NCBI GenBank assembly: GCA_024137785.1
Contig: JAHRHZ010000018.1
Location: forward strand, 35,628,166-35,692,165
Direction: 5' to 3'
Source: Ginglymostoma cirratum
Lineage: Eukaryota
Length of the DNA stretch: 64,000 nt
Shown here: one piece after another, positions 49,427-60,824 of the stretch
How the letters are laid out: each line of letters starts with the position of its first letter
Position numbering within the stretch: the stretch's first letter is position 1
Program-made: the position numbers and the translations under genes
Notes under the pieces: generated by a model
Databases searched by the model: none
Told to the model about the DNA's origin: nothing
The model's input: only the letters and a program-made list of their open reading frames with translations

Positions 49427-51827
49427 GTTACATTGTTAGTATTGTACATAAAATGTTTATCCATCAACAATTCTTCCTTTCATGTGACTATGTATATACA
49501 AAGGAGCATTTTCTTTTCCTGTTCTATTACATGCCTGCATGATATAAAAAGCAGTCATTGCCATTAAGTTCCACTAATTTCAACTGACTTTCCAGAAAGC
49601 CATTTTAAAACAATTGATATTTTTAAAAATCATTAACAAGTGAAATCTATTAAATCTTGAGAAATGGCCCCACATTAAGTTCAGCTCTATTGGCAAAAGA
49701 AGCACCAAGCATTTCCAAGAATAAAGGTAATTTCCATTAGTAACAAGGGATTCCAGAGAAATATTGCTCACTTATTATTAATCTATCTATAATTAGCTTT
49801 ATTCCACAAGGGACTGTGGACATATCTCTCAACTGGAATTCAATATGACAGTGTCGTTCCTCCTTCCATTCAGTTTCTTTTCTTTCTTGACTTTTCACTT
49901 TATGTGGTCACCAATGCTAGAGTTTCGCAATGGCTTACTCAATTTTCACCTTTTCACTTCAACTAAAAGTCTACAAGATGTCAGAATTACACTCTTCCTG
50001 AAAGGCACCCCAAAATATTAAGTGCCTTGTTTGAGCTTTACTGCCGCTACATCACAATTCCATGTAGTTACTTGTCCTCACATCTCACCAACTTATTTAT
50101 TGCACTGTTGACATTTGTGTAAATGGACCACACACCCATTTTGATTCACTTACACTTTCCCACTGATCCAATCCGTATCTGAATTGGTTTTTATTCTAAT
50201 TATGCTTGTCTCTCAGTGAACCCTTCTCTCTCTAAAGCTTAACCCTGGTATCCTTTTCACTGTCAAATTATTTCAAACTTTTTCTTACAACTGAATTGGT
50301 ACTTTGAGTTCTGACAACAGGTTCTTAACCTATATTTCTGATGAGGGAATTGTACTAGACTTGGGGAAAACCTCACTAAGCATGTAGAGAAAATAAAAAG
50401 AAAACTTAAGAGACAGAAACTAATAATTTAAAAATTTATCACTACGGAATGGATTTTGTTATTAAATTATCTTCTCAAGGACAATGAAGGATCAGCAAAA
50501 AAACTGTACCCTTTGCGGTGAAGCCCACATCCTGTGAATGAAGAAGGTTTCCTTTTCTAGAGCTCCGAGCAGCCAGCTTATGAATGATCTTTGGAGAAGG
50601 AAAGGAAATTGTTGTCATCTCAGTTGGGGGAAGATGCATCATGCAGGCAAAATTAAGAGTAGCAGAAACCTCCAGATAGATAAACAACAAAACAAGAAAT
50701 TACTCTAAAGTCTTGTTCTATCCAATGCACCAGAGTTTACTGCACCGTGATGATCCACATAACCATGTGAATGCTTTCTATTCATTATAAGTAAAAGGTG
50801 AATTAGCATTACATGGAGTGACACTAAATTGTGGACGAGAATATAATACAAGGGTTCCAATTATTATTTGATCCACTTATATTTGTGTTGTTGTACATCT
50901 GATTTTGCATCCAATTTATAAATAGCTCAACATTTATAGATATGTAATTAACAGATGGGTACAAGTGATTTATAATATAACCGAACATCTTATAATCGAA
51001 TCAATAACTTGTTTTTAGAAATGGTTTTTGACATTATTCAAGCTCATCAATTGTGTTCCAGCCTTGTAAAAGCCCAACCATCTGTTTGCCGACCAACCCA
51101 CCACTTCACTCAGTTTCAGTACACAAGGAACACTGGCTGGTTAATTGTGAACTTTATGATAGGATTCCATGCACAGCTCCCCATTAATTTCTTATTTATT
51201 CATGTAACTATGATAAGGCATAATCAGAGGTTATATTCAGAAACAGAACATTTGGAGGGTAGCAGCCCAGAGTTGTTCTGACACTCCTTTCATTAGGTGG
51301 CTGTTGAGCACTTTTCAACCTGACAAAGAGGACTGCACAGCGACAAATTAACTACATTTGTGAAAAATAATTAAAAACCTGGGGGATATTTTTGGAATAT
51401 TCAAGGGTCTTTGATCCCTCCTACAAACTTCATTCACTAGATACCAACTGCATCCTGGCAACTGTTTGAGATTCAATTGGACTATTTACAAATTTGATTT
51501 CAACCTTGATCTGAGATGAACTTCTGACCACTTAATAGTAAGCCTGTCTATATCCAGTTCTGTAATGTTTCGTAATTCTGACTCTATCTCAGCTAATTGC
51601 TACTGATACCCTCATTCATGTTTTTCCTAATTCCAGACTCACTGGAACTCACTGCTCCCTGATTTCTGCAGTCTCCTTTGGCCCCAAAACCGTCTGAGAT
51701 ATCCATCATCCTCCTGCAATGCTGGCCTCTTGAACATTTCTGATTTTAATCAATTGTCTATGACTTTAGTAACCCAGGCCCTAAACTCTGGAATTTCATC
51801 TCCAAATATTCTCCATCTCTGCGCCTT

Positions 51828-52183
51828 TATAGAATAGATTCATAGAATCCCTACAGTGTGGAAACAGGCCATTCGGCCCAACAAGTCCACACCATCACTC
51901 CGAAGAGCATCCCACTCAGACCTATTCCCCTACCCTACATTTCCCTTGTCTAACCAACCAAACCTAAACATCCCTGAACACTACCAGCAATTTAGCATAT
52001 CCAATCCACCGAACCCTGCACATCCTTGGACTGTGGGATGAAACCGGAGCACCCGGAGGAAACTCACGCAGACACGGGGAGAATGTGCAAACTCCACACA
52101 GACAGTTGCCTGAGGCTGGAATCAAACCCAGATCCCTAGTGCTGTGAGGCTTAAGTGCTAACCACTGAGCCACCGTGCTGCCC
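51828..52183 (-). mobile_element. HE1-type V-SINE (elasmobranch)
   Basis: Minus strand has a tRNA head (GGCAGCACGGTGGCTCAGTGGTTAGCAC...GGGTTTGATTCC), a V-domain (TGTGTGGAGTTTGCACATTCTCCCCGTGTCTGCGTG), and a CR1-like tail (GGGCCGAATGGCCTGTTTCCACACTGTAGGGATTCTATG). Confidence 0.92.
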
Positions 52184-52202
52184 CACCTTGTTTTCTTCTT
52201 TT

Positions 52203-53197
52203 AGTGACAGCCCTTGATATCAAGGCTGCATTCGACCGAGTGTGGCATCAAGGCACCCGAGCAAAACTGGAATCAATGGGTAATAGGGAGCAAACTCTCT
52301 GGTGATTGGAGTCATACCTAACAGATAGAAAGATGGTCGTGCTGTTGGGGGTCAATCATCTCAGCTTCAGGACATCTCTGCAGGAGTTCCTCAGGGTAGT
52401 GTCCTAGGCCCAACCATCTTCACCTGCTTCATCAACGACCTTCCCTCCATCATAAGGTCAAAAGTAGGGATGTTTGCCAATGATTGCACAATGTTCAGCA
52501 CCATTCGTGACTCCTCAGATACTGAAGCAATTCATGTTCAAATGCAACAAGATCTGGACAATTTCCAGGCTTAGGCTGACAAGTGGCAAGTGACATTCAC
52601 GCTACAAAAATGCCAGGCTATGACCACCACCAATAAGAGACAATTTAACCACCATCCCTTGACATTCAATGGTGTTACCATCACTGAATCTCCCACTATC
52701 AACATCCTTGGGGTTACCACTGACCAGAAACTCAACTGGACTCACCACATAAACACAGTGGCTACAAGAGCAGGCCGGAAGCTAGGAATATTGTGGTGAG
52801 TAACTCACCTCGTGACTCCTCAAAGCCTGTCCACCATCTACAAGGCACAAGTCAGGAGTGTGATGGAATACTCCCCACTTGCCTGGATGAGTGCAGCCCT
52901 AACAACACTCAAGAAGCTTGACACCATCCAGGACAAAGCAGCCCGCTTGATTGGCACTACATCCACAAGCATCCATTCCCTCCACCACTGACGTTCAGTA
53001 GCAGCAGTGTGTACTATCTACAAGATGCACTGCAGAAATTCACCAAAGATCCTCAGACAGCACCTTCCAAACCCACGACCACTTCCATCTAGAAGGAGAA
53101 GGATATCAGACATATGGGAACACCACCACCTCCAAGTTTCCCTCCAAGTCACTCACCATCTTGACTTGGAAATATATCGCTGTTCCTTCACTGTCAC
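52203..53197 (+). mobile_element. CR1/L2-group LINE RT fragment, relatively young
   Basis: ALDIKAAFDRVWHQG, AGVPQGSVLGPTIFTCFINDL, MFANDCT, ILGVTTDQKLNW, YKAQVRSVMEY. Confidence 0.9.
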
Positions 53198-53249
53198 TTC
53201 TTTGCCTTCTTTGCCTTTCTGATGGGCTTCTCTTGAAAGCTCCAGCTGT

Positions 53250-54420
53250 CACCAATGCAGATCAATAATTTCTTCACTTTTAGCATTAACATAAGCTACA
53301 TTAGATTTAAGGATATTTCTCTTTGGATAATTTCTCATCAGCTACTTGAAGTTGTTGCATTTCCTCTCTGTACGCTTTTGCTGAGGTTTGATGTTTTAAA
53401 CATGTCAAGCTCATGATTGCAAAGATTTGTTGCATATGATTGGCTCAAGCCAATGCAGTCATGGTGCCGTACTCATTGAGTGAAGCTTCAATGGTCTTGA
53501 AAATGTTTTAAAGTACTGAGATATCTTCCTTTCATGATTTAAAATGCCTTTCTAACTCCGTGATTCTTGATATCACAAATTCTATGGTTACTTTATTGGC
53601 TGTAGAAATTTCTGAAGCTTCAATTGCTTTCATTACTAATTGAAGTAAAGGGAGATTACTTTCTTGCTTCCTAAAATTTCTTGGAAGGATATAACTGTGA
53701 TTTCAGTTGTTGATATTGTATTTTCTGACCAATAAGGTGTAGGAAGTTCCAAAGCTTCGGATTTAAATAAATGAATGACTTGCGTGCTTGTTTCCTTCTC
53801 TGTAAACATATTCTGGACGAACAAACCATAGTCAGAATGTCTTCAAGTCACTGACCACCAACTTCTTTAGCATCATCCTTTTCCATCATTTCCAGTTTTT
53901 GTTTTGAGAAAAGTAGAGGATCTTCCCCACACTCTTGCAATGACAGGAAGGAAGCAATTTTGGTGCCTGCTAGCCAAAGAATGTCTTAGGTTGTGCAAAT
54001 AGCTCTTGTTTAATAAAGCATTGTAATAATTAGGAATTACAAATTCTCCATAATCTCTTTATTATTGTAGTGATGTGAACTGACACCTTATTCTCATTTT
54101 TGTACTTCCTGTGCCCCAAATGAAGGATATTCCAAAGATTGCCTCAACCATAATGTAGCGTCCAAAAGGATCAATACGTTTCTATAGTACATAATTTAAA
54201 ACAAGTGTTTCTGCCATATACTTTAATCTCTGCATGCCAAAATTAGCCCTACAGGACTGTACCATCAAGGGAGTCAAATTCTTGTTGTGGGCTAGTCACA
54301 TTCCTCTGGAAGATTTCATCATGCCCCTCTACTGCTGGGACTTCTGCAGACTGCTGATGGCTGTGTTTAATTTTTTGTGTTCCTGCTATATTTTCACCCT
54401 TGTCATTCATAACCTTCTAA
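53250..54420 (-). mobile_element. Possible ancient L1/Tx1-type ORF2 endonuclease remnant
   Basis: Minus strand RIDPFGRYIMV at ~54146-54178 resembles the L1 endonuclease DxxGRYI motif; the rest is very decayed. Confidence 0.35.
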
Positions 54421-54906
54421 AACTGGTTGGATTGGGTTTCATTGGTGGAGTTCTTTGTGGCTTGCTGATTTTGTATTTTCTGAATGTTTGTTCTTTCCCA
54501 TCTATATAAGTACTTTTGTATCTGTACTACTTTACTTAAAGTGGCCAATTGACTTCTTCCTTTTCCTAATTGTGTAGTCTGCTTTGGGCCTCCTCCTGCT
54601 CTTTCTTATCACCAGGTTTTCCCATTTCACAGGCCAGTGTCTATGTATGCCTCAGAGTCCATTGATTGTTAGCGCCTACAAATTCTGTGTTGCAATTTGG
54701 CTATTTTCCTCACCTCTGGGTTTATGGCTGGGTCTCATGTTTACCATCACTGGGGTTCACTACAAGTCCCTTAATGGCCATCTCTGGTTGGGTGGCTCTG
54801 ATCACTGTTATCACCATGTAGTAATATGGGATCAATGCTCTTCTGACTGAACAAAGGCAAGCTTAATTGAACATAATTATAAAAAGAAGACAAGACATCA
54901 TACTTG

Positions 54907-55034
54907 GAGATAGTAGGAACTGCCCATGCTGGAGTCTGAGATAACAAGGTGTAGAGCTGGATGAACACAGCAGGCCAGGCAGCATCAGAGGAGCAGGAAA
55001 GCGGACGTTTCGGGTCTGGACCCTTCTTCAGAAA
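54907..55034 (-). mobile_element. Single-arm Penelope terminal-repeat insertion with intact hammerhead core
   Basis: Near-identical to 37230-37359. Minus strand reads CTGAAGA-A-GGGT-CCAG-ACCC-GAAAC-GTC (55031-55004). ACATCATACTT flanks it at 54895-54905 and 55040-55050. Confidence 0.85.
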
Positions 55035-55139
55035 ATCATACATCATACTTAGATATCATACTTAGAACCTAACAGACCCAGGCTCTAGATGATCTGACAT
55101 CACTCCATTACAGCTCCTTTGCACAGCTCAGGATTTATA

Positions 55140-55930
55140 CTTGGACTAAGATACAATTCATGTTACTTTACACCCGGAGGTTTGTAATTCTCAGAATTCT
55201 CAACCCTAGATGGTTCTGATTGCTGCACCACTGAATAGATTCAAGGCTGAGATTTTAGTATCTCAGGATCAAAGGATATGGGGAGCAGATGGGAAGATGG
55301 AGTTGAGGCAGGAGATCACATGTGATCATGCTGAATGGTACAATAGGCTTGAGGACCAAAAGCTTTACTCATGCTCTTATTTCTCAGGTCCATTTAGTAT
55401 TTTTTCTAAAAGTTATTGACACATCTGGCATTCTACTCAATAGGCAGGAGATAATCGCATACTTCAATCCGATTTATAATCTGTGCTCCTTACTATTTCC
55501 TGAAGGCTGGTAAAATTCAGTCTTGTAGTTAGGAGCAGAGCTTTGAGACTATTTTCACTGCAGCAGAGAAGAATGCAAAAAGACCTAGAAGAGGACTTTA
55601 AAAAGTTATGAAGGATTTTGATCAGGTGAATAACTAAATATTATTTCCTCTAGTGAAGTCAGTAATGGGTGGTCATTAATTTAAAATTGTCTCTGTGACA
55701 AAGGATTGAAAAAAATCTTTACACAGAATTATTAGAACATTAACTGCTTTATCACAGGGAGTAGCTGAGGCAGATTTCATAGCAAATTTCAAGTGAAGAG
55801 TAGATAATCATTTCAAACGTTGGAGGTTGTAGGATTATATGGAGAGCATAGGGCAGTGAGATTAGTTTGAGTTGCACAGATACAATGGCATAAAAGGCAT
55901 CCTCATATGTTATAAATGTCTATGTTTTTA
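55140..55930 (+). mobile_element. Two adjacent decayed CR1 3' ends
   Basis: TTTACACCCGGAGGTTTGTAATTCTCAGAATTCT...AGATTCAAGGCTGAGAT...GATCATGCTGAATGG, then a second copy from ~55540 to 55925. Confidence 0.6.
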
Positions 55931-57208
55931 GGTTCAGATGAATGTGATAAAAGAATCAACTAATCAATGAAACATGAAATGCTTCGATTACAAAAATAAA
56001 TTATTTTTGAATATCAATTTTAATATAATAATGCACCTCAGGCACTTCACCTGTGCATTGTCAAACGAAACTTGATGTAGCAGATATTAGGGAAAGTAAC
56101 TAAATTCTTGGTTAAAACAGTAGTTTTAAGAAGCACCTGAAAGGAGGGGAGAGAGGAACAGAGTTTGAGAAGTTAAGGAGGGGAATTGCACAACTTCATA
56201 GTGAAAAGACACGGTTCCAATGGCAGAGTGACTAAAATCAGGAAGGAGAATATTAATATTGATGTGCAGTTAAAGGAAAGTCAGTACAGATCAACAATCT
56301 CAAGGCAATACATGAACAGGACTCGCCGTGAGTTAGCAACAAGAATTTTGGATATCCTGAGAGCTAAAGTGATGTGGATTTGGTCCAAAAATAGGCATAG
56401 TGATGTGGTGTGGCTGGTGGCATGCCAGTATCAGTTTAAGCAGATGAAGAGTGAAAGTGGACGGTGTCCATGAGGCATACAGGAACATGATGAAAGCAGA
56501 GTCAGAAGAAAGCCCAGAGAAGCAAGCGATCAGTTGCAGCTGGTGGTAACTACTCTGGCTTTCCTGCCTAGAATTGGCGGTGTCTAGTTTCTTGGGGAGA
56601 GACACGAGAATTGGAAGCAGCTGCATAGAAGGCAGCCAAATTGAGCTAATGAAATGCAAATACATAGAAATAAGGTCGTGGTTGCTTATTAGTGAGATTC
56701 TGACCTCATCATTTGAACTTCATAGGAAAAATCTGAATTTTGTTCCTTGATGTTAAGATTCCACTTTTGTCATTTTCACCAAATTTTCCCAACTGTCTTG
56801 TCATTGCCAAGGCCATTCAAGAGAGTGGATAATTCCACCCACTGAGTTTTATCTTCTACCTTTTGAGTGATGCTTCAGGCTTATTTTAGTTACCCATAGA
56901 AATCTATCTTTTTCTCCGCTCTCCCCCTTTAGCAGCACATAGAAACCATCTATATTACATTGTAACTATTTCGTATGTAAATATTTCTCACTGTTGGTCA
57001 GTCAACCTATTTCTATTCCTTTTAGCCTGGTTAATTTGGGACAGTTATCTTTTTATCTCACTGAACTCTGCTGGTTTGCAGTCAATCATCCTCATCTCTG
57101 ATTTTTCATTATCCTATTATATTTTCAAATTTCACGTGACTACTTCATGGTCACTATGACTTAACTGTTTCCTACTCACACAATTGTTATGCAGTCCACT
57201 TCGTACAA

Positions 57209-57238
57209 TGGAATGAAATGAAATGAAATTAAATGAAT
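57209..57238. repeat. (AATGA)n pentamer microsatellite
   Basis: GGAATGAAATGAAATGAAATTAAATGAATG. Confidence 0.75.
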
Positions 57239-58794
57239 GCTGAGACAAAGGAGGAAGTATTGGGTAATATCACCAAAAACTTGGTTGATGAGGAGGGTTT
57301 AATTAGAGTCTCAACTTGTCTAAGAAGTGGATATCCAAACATCAGCAAAGTATACGGCCACTAATTGTGGACTGGTATGGGAGGGAGGATGCACATGAGG
57401 TCAAAATCTGAGAGTGGAGAATTTATCTGACTGATTTTGCTGCTAGAGTTTTTTATAGGGATAGCCACTTAGTGAGGTTTATTTATTTAAGAAAACAATG
57501 TGTAAAAATGAACTAACAGGGAGGATACTCATTTCATGAACCCAGCATGGTTCACTATCACTGAAATGTTTGCTGAGCAACAACGCTTGGAAGATTGAAT
57601 GCAGCACACTGGTTTATTTTACCTAGTTTGTCATTGCCAGTTAAGGCAATCCAGAATGTGATCTGCCCCACATTCAGAAGTGTTTCTACGAAAAAAAGCA
57701 TAAATAATTAGAATGTAGAATGTTTATCTTGCACAGATTTTACTGGTTTTGACATCTACTTGCGTTGGTCATTGAATATGGTTGAATCTTTAAATGAGCA
57801 GACTTTTCTTTAGACATAACTATTGTTTAAAGCTTCTGCTCAGTAGTGACAACTATTGCACTCTAATCCTTGCCTCTATTTTATTTGTACATAATGTTTG
57901 CAGCTGCTGCTGCTGGTTATTCTCTAGAGACTTAAACTGTTGACTTGAGGACCATTACCTGAGCAAAAACAGTGATATGGAAACAGAATGGATACAGAAA
58001 CAGGCTAAACCGAACGATACTCATGCCATCACTTCAAAACACGAGAGATTAACTAGCAGTGACACTTAGAAACACTGTAAAACCTTCTTTTTCAAGCATT
58101 TAGTATTTATAAAGACAAATGGTAAAGAAATAGGGAATGTGCATTTTGCGTGGCAAAGGTAAAGAACTACTTTGAGCATTTTATGTAGACAACTTTGTTC
58201 AGTCCTTACAGCTTTCTTCTTTTTCTTCATAGAAACAGCTTTCAACAAATGAAAACATAGAGCAGTCTGAAGGATAGAATTTCACTGCAGCCACTAGCAA
58301 AGCTCACCACCAATTAGTTAATGGATGCCGTATTCATTGAAATAATCTGGTCAGCTGCCATTACCTACATTTTCACCTCTGCAGATTCTTAGTACTCCTG
58401 CATTAATAAGTTTTGAGCTGCTTGTTTTGACATCATTGTACTGACCTGACTTCTAGGTGATGGAGGGCAGTAGGACAGGGTTGATGGTGTAACAATCAGT
58501 AGAGTTTGAGCTATGGAACACCCCTGCTCCTACTGGCTTCACTTGACTCTTTTTAAAAATCCTATTACTTCCCATTGATGGCAAGGTGTAGGCTCAGTAC
58601 CTGTTTTACTCCCACGGACACCTGTTCATTGAGGGGTCCTAAAACAAGCATTGGGCCACCACTTGTCATCAGAAAGAGAGCATTTCATCAAATATGGGTT
58701 AGCGTATGGCCTAGCAGCATGGATTTGGGCAGGATGTCATGTCTGTGTAATTAAGGGGAATTCCTTAAGATGCAACTAATTTGGCAGGTAGGAG

Positions 58795-59110
58795 AGTTCA
58801 GTAGATGTTAGTTATATGGACTTCCCAAAGTTATTTTAAAAAAGGTTCTGTGCAAGAGGTTATCAATGAAAGCAAAAACACATGGAGTTTGAAGTAGGCT
58901 TGAAACAATTGGTTTGGAGGTAGGAGACAGGGAGAAAGTATGAAGAAAATGTAATTTGATTGATGGGATATGGCGTAGTGTGGCACAGGGATCTGTACTG
59001 GGTATTAGCTTTTCAGCATATGTAACAAAAACTAGTGTGAAGGAATACAGAATCACATGTCTAATTTTATGGATAATCTCGAAGCTGGGAGGCAGATAGT
59101 TGAGAGGAGG
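58795..59110 (+). mobile_element. Decayed CR1 RT fragment
   Basis: VDVSYMDFPK...SVAQGSVLG. Confidence 0.6.
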
Positions 59111-59863
59111 ATGTTAGAACAATAACTTGTATTTGTAAAGTACCACTAACAATAAAAAAAATTCCAAGATACTTCACAGGAATGGATATCAGGTTAAATC
59201 TGACACTAAGCCACAATAGAAGACATTAGGACAGGTTTTCAAATTTTGGATTATGTAGGCACAATGACAAATTGGGTAGAAAAAACAACTATCAGATGGG
59301 TTGTAACTTTGGGATGTCTGGGCTCCTACTTTACATTCATGAAAATCAAGTCAGGATATTATAAATAAAAAATAAATCAAATTTTCAGTATTGCCACAGC
59401 ACCTACATGCAGGGTGTTTGATTCCTGCTGCACATCACACCATTTGGCTTGCAAGGTAAATACATTGTCATGACAAAATTGTAGACTGCTGAACAGTTTA
59501 GAGGTAAGCCGAGAGGGACAATGGCAAAATTTGCAGCTGATTGCAAAGTGAAAGGTATAACCATTTACACTATTAACAAATGAATTTCCTCAGGTATCTT
59601 TTGAGCTTTCATTGCTTCTTCATCAAAACCTCAGCAGAAAGCACACCAACATGTACTGGTGGAGTTCCCATCAAACATTTATCTACATTATAGAGGCCCT
59701 CCTGGATGTTTGACTGGCAGCATCGCTTGGGAGCTATGGAAAAGAGCCAGTTTATTTTAATGCCAACCTATTTGATGCCTGAACCCACAGAATAGGAACA
59801 GTCCAGCAGCTTTCTAAATTACGATTGCTAGGCTAGGTGTTTGCAGCAGAGCATATAAGAGAT

Positions 59864-59895
59864 GACCCACCTAGTGGCAAGCAAAGACACTGCAG
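59864..59895 (-). promoter_or_regulatory. Candidate CTCF site with upstream (U) motif
   Basis: Minus strand reads CTGCAGTGTC-TTTGC-TTGCCACTAGGTGGGTC. Confidence 0.55.
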
Positions 59896-60329
59896 GGGCT
59901 TCGTAAGGGGGTGGCCCAATGTATTCACAGCCAAATGATTCTTTGTGAGAACCGGGGAGCAATACTAATCTCCCTGATCACACAATAATAATAACATTCT
60001 TACTTATCTCAGAGAGTCAATTCCATCCCAACTGCATCAACTGAATGAAGCACCAACAATGGAAGCTCCAACCGGCAAGTTACAAAAATTATTTGGGGCC
60101 CATTCATGTCATATAATGTGACCAGAATTTTAAAAAAGTAGCACTTTGGGCATCTGGCAGTAAGATAAATGTGAGGTTGAAAAAGAACATTAAGTGGACT
60201 GCTTTAGTCTTCGTTAATCCAGTAACCTGGTTTCCACTGAGGAGCAGGAATAGCCCAGAGGAAATTCCAAGTCCAAAGGAGTTATTGATAAAAGGGGAAA
60301 TTAGCTCAAAAGCGGCCATTGAAGTGACA

Positions 60330-60820
60330 CATTCTGATAGGAAATAATGTTACAATTTGAATGAAACTAGGATCAGTCCAATGCAACAACAAAGTGTTTC
60401 AATGGTATAGTTTCACAAGTCCCACAAGTTCCTTTGATTATAAAACACAGCACAATTCTACATTTTATCACAAAATCTGTAGACTATAAGAACCAAGAGC
60501 TAATTATGGATCTGTACAAAACCTTCATGAATCCTTAGTTTGCGTACTGTGTATAGGATTGTGGTCCATCCTTAGGAGGGATATTGAAATGTTAGAAAGG
60601 ACACAACACACATTCCCCAGGATGTTGCCTCATACAAGGAACCACGTTTGTGACAGTAATGATTTTAAAATGCAGCTTTAATTCGGTCAAACACAGGTTG
60701 CAGGGTGATTTGGCAGAATGCTTAAAGCCATGAAAAGACGAGACAAGATGGATAAAAACGTAACTTTTCAGCAGTCGATTTGTAAAAAAAAAAGGCTCCA
60801 AGTAGAAGATAAAATGTTAG
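60330..60820 (+). mobile_element. Decayed CR1-type LINE 3' fragment
   Basis: LIMDLYKTFMNP*FAYCV...RRDIEMLERTQ resembles the CR1 ORF2 C-terminus. Confidence 0.55.
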
Positions 60821-60824
60821 GATT

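Noticed and set aside
52100-52183. tRNA gene
   Set aside because: It is the tRNA-derived head of the HE1 SINE and continues into the V-domain.
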